From: Oscillospiraceae bacterium
GTDB taxonomy: Bacteria > Bacillota > Clostridia > Oscillospirales > CAG-272
Direction: 5' to 3'
DNA: 62,187 nt
Assembly (NCBI GenBank): GCA_015063545.1
Contig: SVTX01000006.1
Location: forward strand, 1-62,187
A program made the position numbers and the translations under genes. The notes beneath the pieces were generated by a model. It was not told where the DNA came from. It worked only from the letters and a program-made list of their open reading frames with translations, and did not search any database. Each line of letters begins with the position of its first letter. The first letter of the stretch is position 1. Of the stretch, positions 1-8,611 are shown in pieces.

Positions 1-1
1 A

Positions 2-1834
2 AACAATACAACATATTCATCAATAGATGGAAATCTGTATAATAAAGATGCGACTGCATTGCTACAATATGCGAGCGGTAAAATAAATATCTCGTTTACT
101 ATCCCTAACGGAGTCACGAGCATAGGCTATTCTGCGTTCAGGCGTTGCAGTAGCCTTACGAGCATAGAAATCCCCGACAGTGTCACGAGCATAGGCAATT
201 CTGCGTTCTTTGGTTGCAGTAGCCTTACTAGCATAGAAATCCCCGACAGTGTCACGAGCATAGGCATTTCTGCGTTCTCTGGTTGCAGTAGCCTTACGAG
301 TGTTGTAATCGGTGATAGTGTCACGAGCACAGGCGATGATGCGTTCGATGGTTGCAGTAGCCTTACGAGTGTTGTAATCGGTGATAGTGTCACGAGCATA
401 GGCGTTTTTGCGTTCTCTGGTTGCAGTAGTCTTACGAGCGTTGTAATCCCCGACAGTGTCACGAGCATAGGCGATTTTGCGTTCTCTGGTTGCAGTAGTC
501 TTACGAGCGTTGTAATCCCCGACAGTGTCACGAGCATAGGCTATTCTGCGTTCAATGGTTGCAGTAGCCTTACTAGCATAGAAATCCCCGACAGTGTCAC
601 GAGCATAGGCATTTCTGCGTTCTATGGTTGCAGTAGCCTTACGAGTATAGTTGTTGATGAAAACAATACAACATATTCATCAATAGATGGAAATCTGTAT
701 AATAAAGATGCGACTGCATTGCTACAATATGCGAGCGGTAAAATAAATATCTCGTTTACTATCCCTAACGGAGTCACGAGCATAGGCGATTCTGCGTTCG
801 ATGGTTGCAGTAGCCTTACAAGCATAGAAATCCCCGACAGTGTCACGAGCATAGGCTATTCTGCGTTCTATGGTTGCGATGTTCTTACGAGTGTTGTAAT
901 CCCTGACGGAGTCACGAGTATAGGTGTTTTTGCTTTCAAAGGTTGCAGTAACCTTGCGATATACTGCGGAGCAGAATCGCAACCCGAAGATTGGAATGTG
1001 GATTGGAATCCCGATAACCGCCCCGTAGTTTGGGGATATTGTGAACATATACCCGGAGAACCGGTAGTTGAGAATAATATTGACGCAACGTGTGCATCTT
1101 CGGGATCCTATGATAGCGTAGTTTACTGTGTTGATTGCGGCAGAGAAATAAGCAGAACTACAACGACAGTGGATTCACTAGAACATAACTATAACGAAGA
1201 AAACACCTGTACAGTCTGTGGCTACTATCCTGGCAAAGGAGTAGCATTTACATACGACGAAACATCTGAGACGTACAGTGTAACCGATTATACAGGCAGC
1301 GAAACAAGTGTAATCATCCCTGCGACCTGCAATGGTAAGCCTGTTACGAGCATAAGCAATTCTGCATTCGGTGGTTGCTATAGTCTTACGAGCATAGAAA
1401 TCCCCGACAGTGTTACGAGCATAGGTGAAAGGGCATTCTCTGGTTGTATGCAGCTTAAAAGTATAGAGATTCCCGAGAGTGTGACGAGTATAGGAGATTT
1501 TGCGTTTGTTCTATGCAGTGGTCTTACTAGCGTTGTTTTCGAGGAAAACGGTCAGTTGACGAGCATAGGTGATTCTGCGTTCTCTGGTTGTAGTAAGCTT
1601 ACGAGCATAGTAATTCCCGACAGTGTCACGAGCATAGGCGAATTTGCTTTCAATAGTTGCAGTAGTCTTACGAGCATAATAATCCCCGACGGAGTCACGA
1701 GTATAGGCTCTTATGCGTTCGATGGTTGCAGTAGCCTTACGATATATTGCGAAGCGGAATCCCAGCCCGAAGGTTGGGATGCGGGTTGGAATCCCGATAA
1801 CCGCCCCGTAGTTTGGGGATATAAGGGAGAATAA
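2..1834 (+). CDS. BspA/TpLRR-type leucine-rich repeat surface protein, 5'-truncated by the window edge
   Basis: Frame is open from base 2. Many 23-aa repeats (IPDSVTSIGxxAFxGCSSLTS), two cap motifs (IYCxAESQPExW..WNPDNRPVVWGY) and a Cys/His-rich linker. Confidence 0.9.
   Translation, partial: NNTTYSSIDGNLYNKDATALLQYASGKINISFTIPNGVTSIGYSAFRRCSSLTSIEIPDSVTSIGNSAFFGCSSLTSIEIPDSVTSIGISAFSGCSSLTSVVIGDSVTSTGDDAFDGCSSLTSVVIGDSVTSIGVFAFSGCSSLTSVVIPDSVTSIGDFAFSGCSSLTSVVIPDSVTSIGYSAFNGCSSLTSIEIPDSVTSIGISAFYGCSSLTSIVVDENNTTYSSIDGNLYNKDATALLQYASGKINISFTIPNGVTSIGDSAFDGCSSLTSIEIPDSVTSIGYSAFYGCDVLTSVVIPDGVTSIGVFAFKGCSNLAIYCGAESQPEDWNVDWNPDNRPVVWGYCEHIPGEPVVENNIDATCASSGSYDSVVYCVDCGREISRTTTTVDSLEHNYNEENTCTVCGYYPGKGVAFTYDETSETYSVTDYTGSETSVIIPATCNGKPVTSISNSAFGGCYSLTSIEIPDSVTSIGERAFSGCMQLKSIEIPESVTSIGDFAFVLCSGLTSVVFEENGQLTSIGDSAFSGCSKLTSIVIPDSVTSIGEFAFNSCSSLTSIIIPDGVTSIGSYAFDGCSSLTIYCEAESQPEGWDAGWNPDNRPVVWGYKGE
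101..960 (+). repeat. 69-bp tandem repeats encoding LRR units
   Basis: Near-identical gtcacgagcataggcNNNNNNgcgttcNNNggttgcagtag units at 69-bp spacing, interrupted once at about 650-770. Confidence 0.9.
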
Positions 1835-1869
1835 AGTGCAGAGTGCAGAATGCAGAATGCAAAGTGCAG
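1835..1869 (+). repeat. Heptamer tandem repeat (ARTGCAR x5)
   Basis: agtgcag agtgcag aatgcag aatgcaa agtgcag immediately after the stop codon. Confidence 0.85.
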
Positions 1870-1875
1870 AGTTAG

Positions 1876-2020
1876 GCTTCCCCTTGAGGGGAAGCTCCTG
1901 CGGTAGCGGGTGATGAGGTGTAGGATGCGTAGCATCCGTTATAATCGCAAAGGGTACATCCTCATCCGTCTTTTGCTTCGCTTTCGCTCACAAAATCCAC
2001 CTTCCCCTACTTGGGGAAGG
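1876..2020. repeat. REP-like composite palindromic element
   Basis: gcttcccc-ttga-ggggaagc (1876-1895) and ccttcccc-tactt-ggggaagg (2000-2020) flank nested inverted repeats (gatgagg/cctcatc, ggatgc/gcatcc). Confidence 0.6.
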
Positions 2021-2028
2021 GTAGAAAA

Positions 2029-2055
2029 ACAAGGCGGCGCATCGCGCCGCCTTGT
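2029..2055. terminator. Bidirectional intrinsic terminator between the LRR gene and clpC
   Basis: acaaggcggcgc-atc-gcgccgccttgt hairpin with A-rich and T-rich flanks, between convergent genes. Confidence 0.75.
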
Positions 2056-2061
2056 GTGTTT

Positions 2062-4485
2062 TTATGGTGCTTTTGATAAAACTACCTCATCATTCTCAAT
2101 CGTCAGTTTTGCCTTGCTTCCGGATTTCAGCTCGCCTGTTAGCAGCTTTTCGGATATTTTGTCCTCAATAAGATGCGTGATATTGCGCTTTATGGGACGC
2201 GCTCCGAGGTTGTCTGTATGAGAGATCTTTGCTATATGCTCGCAGACTGTATCATCGTACTCCAAAATTATCTTCATTTTTTTCATCTGCCCGACGAGGT
2301 TGTCGAGCAGATTTTTTGTTATTTCGCTCATGTCGTTAATATCAAGTCGCTTGAACACTATAATATTATCTACACGGTTGATAAATTCAGGTGAGAACGT
2401 CCGCTTTATCTCTGACAGGATTTCATTCTTTTCGCCCGAAAAATCCGATGCTTCCGACGCTCCGAAGCCAAGCAAATTTTTGCCTATCTTTCTCGCACCG
2501 ATATTTGAGGTCATGATTATGACTGTGTTTTTGAAATCCACTCTTCTTCCGCAACTGTCTGTAAGCACCCCGTCATCAAGTATCTGGAGTAGCACGTTGA
2601 ATATATCCGGGTGGGCTTTTTCTATTTCGTCAAGCAAAATGATAGAGTAGGGAGCACGCTTGACCTTTTCGGTCAGGTATCCGCCCTCGCCGTGACCTAT
2701 ATATCCGGGCGGCGCGCCGATGAGCTTGGATATACTGTGCTTTTCCATATATTCCGACATGTCAATCCGTATTATGGATCTCTCACTGCCAAACAGTGAT
2801 TTTGCAAGACATTTACACAGTTGTGTTTTTCCAACTCCCGTAGGGCCTGCAAAAATGAATGAGCCTATCGGGCGGGATGGATCTTTCAGTCCTGTTCTGC
2901 CTCTGCGAATAGCGCGTGATAGCTCCAGAATAGCTTGATCCTGACCTATTATCTGCTCGGATAGCTCCGAGGACAGGTTCAGTAGCTTTTGGGAATCCTT
3001 TTGCATGATCTTGGAGACGGGAATCCCCGTTTGCTTTGTTATCACGTCTGCTATATCCTTTTGCCGCAGAACAGATAATTTCTTTTTTTGTGACTGTTCG
3101 TTTGAGCTTTCGTCCTCAAGCTCTTTTACTATTTGAAGCTCTCTTTGACGTATTGCGGCGGCTGATTCAAAGTCATTGTTCATAACGGCGGCTTGCTTTT
3201 TATCAAGGGAGCTTTTAAGCTCCTTTTCAAGCTTGTCTGCGCGGCTTTGCCGTTTGAGTTCCTTGAGCTTTAGGGCGGAGGCCGCCTCGTCAAGCACGTC
3301 TATGGCTTTGTCGGGTAAAAATCTGTCGTTTATATATCTGCTTGACATATCAACTGCGGCAATCAACGCCTCGTCGGATATTTTCAGCGAATGGTGAAGC
3401 TCGTATTTTGGGCGAATTCCTTTGAGTATCTCCAGAGTTTCGGTTCGGTTTGTCTGACGCACCGTGATAGCTTGAAATCGCCTCTCAAGAGCCGCGTCTT
3501 TTTCGATGTGCTTTCGATATTCTTCGATGGTGGTCGCGCCTATTATCTGTATCTCACCTCTGGACAGGGCGGGCTTTATGATATTTGCCGCGTCAAGCGC
3601 TCCTTCAGCAGCACCCGCGCCGACTATGGTGTGTATCTCGTCTATGAACAAAATAATATTTCCGTGAGCCTCTACCTCGCCTATAAGATCTTTTAGCCTC
3701 TCCTCAAACTCACCTCTGTATTTTGCTCCCGATATCATGCGTGACAGATCCACCGATATTATGCGTTTCAGTATCAGCGGAGAGGGAACTTTTCCTTCGG
3801 ATATTTTGCTCGCCAGTCCTTCCACTATAGCCGTTTTTCCAACTCCCGGTTCGCCGATGAGGCAGGGGTTGTTTTTTGTTTTGCGGCACAGAATTCTTAT
3901 CAGCCGTTCTGTTTCTTCTGCCCGCCCGATGATACTGTCTGTTTTTCCAAATGATGCAAGATGTGTAAGATCCTTACCGTATTTTTGCAATGCGGGAAGC
4001 TCTGAATCGTATATATCGTCATCATACGTTTGCGGCTTTGTTGCAGCGGGAGATGAGCTTATAAAATGCTCGACATCGTTTTTTATTCCCAGCCCCGACA
4101 CACCGAGACTTTCAAGGATCCTTGTAGCTACGCAACCGTCTTCACTTATCAGTGAGAGCAAAATGTGCTCGCTTCCAACGAATGATTGCCCGAATTTTGC
4201 CGCCTGTACCGATGCTCCGTCAACTATCTTAGCCGCCAAGGGAGTGAACTCTGCCGATGTTGTTTTTATATGTTTCTTTTGCGAGTTAAGACTTTTTATT
4301 TTTTGTATAACAGCTGTTTCATCAGCACCGCGCGCCTTTAAAATTTCTGATGCCACGGTTTGAGGGGTTTTCATTATTGCAAGCAGAATATGCTCGCTTC
4401 CGATAAAATTGTGCCCAAACTCATCCGCTACTGTACGCACGGTATCAATGACGAGTTGCGCTTTTTTTGTGAATTGAAAAGCCAT
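2062..4485 (-). CDS. clpC: ATP-dependent Clp protease ATPase subunit ClpC
   Basis: Double Clp-N domain, two AAA+ modules ([15 protein letters not shown] and [15 protein letters not shown]), UVR-like M domain, LGF loop; lies downstream of mcsAB-like genes. Confidence 0.92.
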   Translation of the reverse strand: MAFQFTKKAQLVIDTVRTVADEFGHNFIGSEHILLAIMKTPQTVASEILKARGADETAVIQKIKSLNSQKKHIKTTSAEFTPLAAKIVDGASVQAAKFGQSFVGSEHILLSLISEDGCVATRILESLGVSGLGIKNDVEHFISSSPAATKPQTYDDDIYDSELPALQKYGKDLTHLASFGKTDSIIGRAEETERLIRILCRKTKNNPCLIGEPGVGKTAIVEGLASKISEGKVPSPLILKRIISVDLSRMISGAKYRGEFEERLKDLIGEVEAHGNIILFIDEIHTIVGAGAAEGALDAANIIKPALSRGEIQIIGATTIEEYRKHIEKDAALERRFQAITVRQTNRTETLEILKGIRPKYELHHSLKISDEALIAAVDMSSRYINDRFLPDKAIDVLDEAASALKLKELKRQSRADKLEKELKSSLDKKQAAVMNNDFESAAAIRQRELQIVKELEDESSNEQSQKKKLSVLRQKDIADVITKQTGIPVSKIMQKDSQKLLNLSSELSEQIIGQDQAILELSRAIRRGRTGLKDPSRPIGSFIFAGPTGVGKTQLCKCLAKSLFGSERSIIRIDMSEYMEKHSISKLIGAPPGYIGHGEGGYLTEKVKRAPYSIILLDEIEKAHPDIFNVLLQILDDGVLTDSCGRRVDFKNTVIIMTSNIGARKIGKNLLGFGASEASDFSGEKNEILSEIKRTFSPEFINRVDNIIVFKRLDINDMSEITKNLLDNLVGQMKKMKIILEYDDTVCEHIAKISHTDNLGARPIKRNITHLIEDKISEKLLTGELKSGSKAKLTIENDEVVLSKAP

Positions 4486-4504
4486 ATTTAATCATCCTTG
4501 AATT

Positions 4505-5551
4505 TTATGTACAAGCTGACATGGCGGTTTGTTTTGGCAGAGCTTGCAGAGTGCGCCTTACAAATTCTGCACGGTACGCATCAAGCTCGGGGCTTGAGTT
4601 TATTTCCTTTTTTGAATTGGCTATAAGTGATGCTGATAAGCCCTCGAACAGAATAGAGTTCAAAACCGTCGTGTCAATACTTTGAGGAAGCATATTTTTA
4701 CATCCTGCCGACATGCAAAGGCGTAGCTGAGAGGTATAAGAAATAAGATCCGCCTCGGAGAGATATCCCGAATATGACAAGCTTCCCAATGCTCGGGATG
4801 CTCTCTCGGCTATGTTAAAAATTGTAGCCGAGTTATACGCTTTTAATTCTTCTTTTTCAAGATTTACTATTTCAAGCATGAATTTATCAAATTTATTCAC
4901 CGCATCGTCCTCGCTTTCTCCACGCGGGGGAGAGTAGGACATTATGTATATATCTCCGAAATCTTTGTTTGAAAATATGGGATATACGGAAATGTTGCAA
5001 TTTGCAAGCGCGGCGCAAACAGAACCGAGCTTGTTCGCCGCGCTAAGACACGGCAGATAGAGAGCGCAGCTTATTCTTGTACCCGAACCGCACAGATGTT
5101 CAAATGGTGAAAGATATCCTATATTTTTGTCATAAGCGAAATCAAATTCCGAATCAAGAAGATGCTCCGCCGAGCTTGATATTTTGTGCGCATCACGAAT
5201 GCATGCGCCCGGAAGAATGGCATATATATTTATGAGATTTGCACCGCCAAATGAAACGCTGAGGCTGCAAGGCTCATTAAAGAATATTGCCCGTTCGCCT
5301 GCATATGAGCAAAAGTCCGAATCAACGTACTGCTTTTCACAGTATGACAGAGCGAGGAGCTTGTTGTTTTTTTGGATTTGCTGAATACGAAAGCCGTTCT
5401 TTTTCAGTAACGCTTCGGCTCGTGCTATTACCGTTGCCGTTTTTTCGGTGTTTTTGTATGCAAACGGCACTCCCGCAATATTACGTGTGTATGTAAACTT
5501 TGAAAAAAGTATATTTTCCGACAAGTTGCCGTCGGTATTAAACCATGACAT
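4505..5551 (-). CDS. mcsB: McsB-like ATP:guanido phosphotransferase homologue, catalytic motifs degenerate
   Basis: Position between mcsA and clpC, typical length, remnant motifs (RN..G.PF, FAYD..GYL, LYLP, RA.RA.G.L). NEEDH and CPTN are absent. Confidence 0.7.
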   Translation of the reverse strand: MSWFNTDGNLSENILFSKFTYTRNIAGVPFAYKNTEKTATVIARAEALLKKNGFRIQQIQKNNKLLALSYCEKQYVDSDFCSYAGERAIFFNEPCSLSVSFGGANLINIYAILPGACIRDAHKISSSAEHLLDSEFDFAYDKNIGYLSPFEHLCGSGTRISCALYLPCLSAANKLGSVCAALANCNISVYPIFSNKDFGDIYIMSYSPPRGESEDDAVNKFDKFMLEIVNLEKEELKAYNSATIFNIAERASRALGSLSYSGYLSEADLISYTSQLRLCMSAGCKNMLPQSIDTTVLNSILFEGLSASLIANSKKEINSSPELDAYRAEFVRRTLQALPKQTAMSACT

Positions 5552-5566
5552 TCTGTATATCCTTTC

Positions 5567-6052
5567 TTAGCTTATTTTTTTATTTTCCAGTGATTTGATC
5601 TCATCGCGCACCGAGATTGCTTTTTCATAGTCCTGAACCGCAATGGCCTGAGCCAGCATTTGATTAAGATGGTCCAGACTTTTAGCTTTGTCTATTTCTG
5701 CCCTTATACGTCTTGGCATACGCATAGCCGAGTCGGAACGCGACAGAAGAATTTTTACAGCACAAATCGGACATCCGAACATACCGGTTTCATGCATTTC
5801 GCTATAGGGCGTTTTGCAGCTTGGACATGAGCTTTTTCTGTCGCAATCGGGTATGTACCAAAATGGTTTTTCGTGAGAGTGGATAGATAGCGCGGGGGAG
5901 AAGATGGTTTTTGGGGAATTTTCATTTTGTGACAGAGAAGCGGAGACCGAACTACCTGCAGACGCGCACAAGGCGCATAGCGAATGGTTGGTTCCTTCCG
6001 TGTCGGTAAAGAAAACGGTGGGGGTTTTATTCTTACATTTTTCGCAAAGCAT
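5567..6052 (-). CDS. mcsA: McsA-like protein (CxxC motifs plus UVR domain)
   Basis: CEKC, CALC, CPSC and CPIC motifs; C-terminal AIAVQDYEKAISVRDEI UVR motif. Confidence 0.8.
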   Translation of the reverse strand: MLCEKCKNKTPTVFFTDTEGTNHSLCALCASAGSSVSASLSQNENSPKTIFSPALSIHSHEKPFWYIPDCDRKSSCPSCKTPYSEMHETGMFGCPICAVKILLSRSDSAMRMPRRIRAEIDKAKSLDHLNQMLAQAIAVQDYEKAISVRDEIKSLENKKIS

Positions 6053-6186
6053 TTTTTACCTTTCCTTTCATTTTTTATTCTTTTGCTTGTCCAAAATATA
6101 TTTTACAACACGCAAAGAGAAAAAAATGTCACAATGCGTAGGAATGAAAAAAATAAATATTCGTGCAAAGAATTTTTTATATTGCG

Positions 6187-6215
6187 TTGACAAAATGTGT
6201 AAATTGGGTTATAAT
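6187..6215 (+). promoter_or_regulatory. sigma-A promoter of the decarboxylase operon
   Basis: TTGACA-17-TATAAT. Confidence 0.75.
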
Positions 6216-6286
6216 TAGATTATAATTGGGGGAGAAGGTTTTCTTATACCCCCGGAGGTATTGATTATAAAAAACGGAGGCTGTAA

Positions 6287-7612
6287 ATGAACAAAAATTC
6301 GACAGTTGGAAATGAGAAAATTGCGAGTCTTTTCGATGCCGGAACGTTTGTGGAAATGGGAGCATACATCAAAAGATGCGGTTCCTCCGACACATATGAC
6401 GGAATTATCTGCGGATACGGCGCGGTATCGGGCAAGCTGACATTTGCTTTTGTGCAGGACAGCGACAGACTCAAGGGAGCATTTGACTCCACGGGCGCCA
6501 AAAAGATCGAGATGCTTTACGATGCTGCGATTAAAAACGGAGCGCCTGTTGTAGGTGTGTTTGACAGTGCCGGCGCGGTAGTTCTTGACGGAAGCGCAAC
6601 GCTCGCGGCATACGGCAGATTTATGAGCTGTGTGTCAAAGGCATCCGGAGTGGTTCCTCAAATAGCGATAATTGACGGTGCGTGTACAGGAATGGCACTT
6701 GTAACAGCAGCCATGTTTGATGTGGTTATATCTGTTGAAGGTAAGGCTATCACATATATTACACCTGAATCCAAAAAGGAAAAGTCTATCAAGATAGCTG
6801 TTAAAGCGGAAGACGAGAGCCGTGCGATTGCAGCGGCGCGTGAGCTTGTTGAGGTCCTTCCTCAGAACAACAAAGACAGCGCTTGTGTAATGAGTGGCGA
6901 TGATGCGTCCCGCGCGGTATCTGTCAGCGGACTTACAGGTGCAGAGCTTGTGAGTGCGGTATGTGATAACGGAAAGTTTATACAGCTTTACGCGGATATG
7001 GCGGAGTGTATAACGGTAGGACTTGCATTCTTTGGCGGTCAGCTTTGCGGAGTGGTTGCTTCCAATACAAATTCCAAGAAGAACGGCAAGCTTTGCGGTT
7101 GCGGAGCAAAGAAGGCGGCAGAAATGATAAGCTTCTGTGACAGATTCGGTATTCCCGTTCTTACGTTGGTTGATTCCATCGGTTTTGCAGACTGCGAAAA
7201 GAGCGAGGCATTTGCCGCATTGGCATCTGCGTATATCGGGGCAACTTGTGCTAAGGTATCCGTTGTAGTCGGAAAGGCATACGGTGCGTCATTCACGCTC
7301 CTCGGTTCAAAATCCGTGGGTGCTGATATCGAGTATGCTCTTGAGGATTCCGTAATAAGTGTTATGTCACCCGAAAGTGCGGTTGCATTCCTTATGAACG
7401 ACGAGATAACCAAGGATAAGTCCAGAGCAGACGTTGAGGCTGAGTGGTGCGAGAAATACGCATCTGCGGTATGTGCGGCAGAGAAGGGAGATATCGACGA
7501 TATTATTCCCGAGTCCGAGCTTCGCGCGAGAGTTTGCTCAGCGCTTTATATGCTCGCCGTTAAAGCAGACGGTCAGCCTGAGAGAAAATATCCCAGAACA
7601 CCTCTTGCTTGA
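6287..7612 (+). CDS. Acyl-CoA carboxyltransferase domain protein (methylmalonyl-CoA decarboxylase alpha-like, compact and divergent)
   Basis: LFDAGTFVE, DGIICGYG, FDSAGA, VPQIA, FCDRFGIPVLTLVD and KAYG motifs; operon context. Confidence 0.8.
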   Translation: MNKNSTVGNEKIASLFDAGTFVEMGAYIKRCGSSDTYDGIICGYGAVSGKLTFAFVQDSDRLKGAFDSTGAKKIEMLYDAAIKNGAPVVGVFDSAGAVVLDGSATLAAYGRFMSCVSKASGVVPQIAIIDGACTGMALVTAAMFDVVISVEGKAITYITPESKKEKSIKIAVKAEDESRAIAAARELVEVLPQNNKDSACVMSGDDASRAVSVSGLTGAELVSAVCDNGKFIQLYADMAECITVGLAFFGGQLCGVVASNTNSKKNGKLCGCGAKKAAEMISFCDRFGIPVLTLVDSIGFADCEKSEAFAALASAYIGATCAKVSVVVGKAYGASFTLLGSKSVGADIEYALEDSVISVMSPESAVAFLMNDEITKDKSRADVEAEWCEKYASAVCAAEKGDIDDIIPESELRARVCSALYMLAVKADGQPERKYPRTPLA

Positions 7613-7623
7613 TGGAGGATGAA

Positions 7624-8157
7624 ATGAAGAATAAGAAGATCATGAAAATAACTGCGCTGGTATTGGCGTGCATGTTTCTGATTTCGATATGCGCGATCAG
7701 CACGCTTGCCGCAGAACCTGCGCAGGCATCTCAAAGCGCAGGAGACGGACTTGATAAAGTTAAAGGCGGCGACATTGGTTTATCGGAACGTGTTGAATTT
7801 GCTTTGCAGGGAACCGCAACAGGACTGATAATGGTATTTGCCGTTCTTGCACTCTTGGCAATAGTTGTATCTCTCTCCAAAGTAATACTTTACGATATGC
7901 CCAGAAAGGCGCGTGAAAGCGCCGCGGCAGAGGCAAAGGCAGAGCAGGAGAAGGAAAAGGCAATAATGGCGCAAACAGCGCCCGCAGCACCCCCCGCAGC
8001 CCCTGTTGTTCAGAACGATGATGAAGAGCTTATCGCGGTGATCACTGCGGCAATAGCGGCGGCTATTGAGGGTGGAGAATACGGCAGCGAATTTGCAAGC
8101 GGATTTAGAGTAGTATCCTTCAAACGCGTAGAGACAAACGCATGGAACAAAAGATAA
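7624..8157 (+). CDS. OadG-family (gamma/delta) subunit of a Na+-translocating decarboxylase
   Basis: TM helix GLIMVFAVLALL, Ala/Pro linker, DDEELIAVITAAIAA, FRVVSFKR. Start chosen after GGAGG. Confidence 0.8.
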   Translation: MKNKKIMKITALVLACMFLISICAISTLAAEPAQASQSAGDGLDKVKGGDIGLSERVEFALQGTATGLIMVFAVLALLAIVVSLSKVILYDMPRKARESAAAEAKAEQEKEKAIMAQTAPAAPPAAPVVQNDDEELIAVITAAIAAAIEGGEYGSEFASGFRVVSFKRVETNAWNKR

Positions 8158-8184
8158 TACAGATAGAAAGGTTTGGACTTGAAA

Positions 8185-8574
8185 ATGAAAAGATTTAACG
8201 TAACCGTAAACGGTGTAACATATGACGTAGTAGTTGAAGAGGTCGGCGGCGCTCCTGCTGCTCCTGTTGCAGCACCCGCACCCACAGCAGCCCCCGTAGC
8301 AGCACCTGCTGCAGCACCCAAGGCTGCACCCGCTGCTCCTAAGGCAACAGGCGCGCAGGGCGCTATAAAAGTTACTGCTCCCATGCCCGGAACTATTATG
8401 AAGGTTAACGTATCCGCAGGCGCGGCAGTAAAGAAGGGAGACGTTCTTTGCGTGCTTGAGGCTATGAAGATGGAAAATGACATTTGTGCTCCCGAGGACG
8501 GCACCGTAGCTTCTGTAAACGTACAGAAGGGAGCATCTGTAAATACAGACGAGGTTCTTGTAACTCTTAACTGA
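8185..8574 (+). CDS. Biotin carboxyl carrier protein
   Basis: EAMKMEN biotinylation motif, APMPG, Ala/Pro linker. Start may be the TTG at 8173 or 8179. Confidence 0.92.
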   Translation: MKRFNVTVNGVTYDVVVEEVGGAPAAPVAAPAPTAAPVAAPAAAPKAAPAAPKATGAQGAIKVTAPMPGTIMKVNVSAGAAVKKGDVLCVLEAMKMENDICAPEDGTVASVNVQKGASVNTDEVLVTLN

Positions 8575-8611
8575 TAAAATTCCCAAATTCTGATGAAAGG
8601 AAAATGAAATA

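Noticed and set aside
127-1048. Minus-strand repeat ORFs (MLVTLSGI...)
   Set aside because: Antisense shadows of the LRR repeats.
1-2060. Complete diversity-generating retroelement
   Set aside because: No reverse transcriptase, accessory gene or template repeat in the window; only the codon pattern is reported.
1910-2221. 103-aa ORF after the LRR gene
   Set aside because: Runs through the palindromic element and terminator and overlaps the clpC 3' end.
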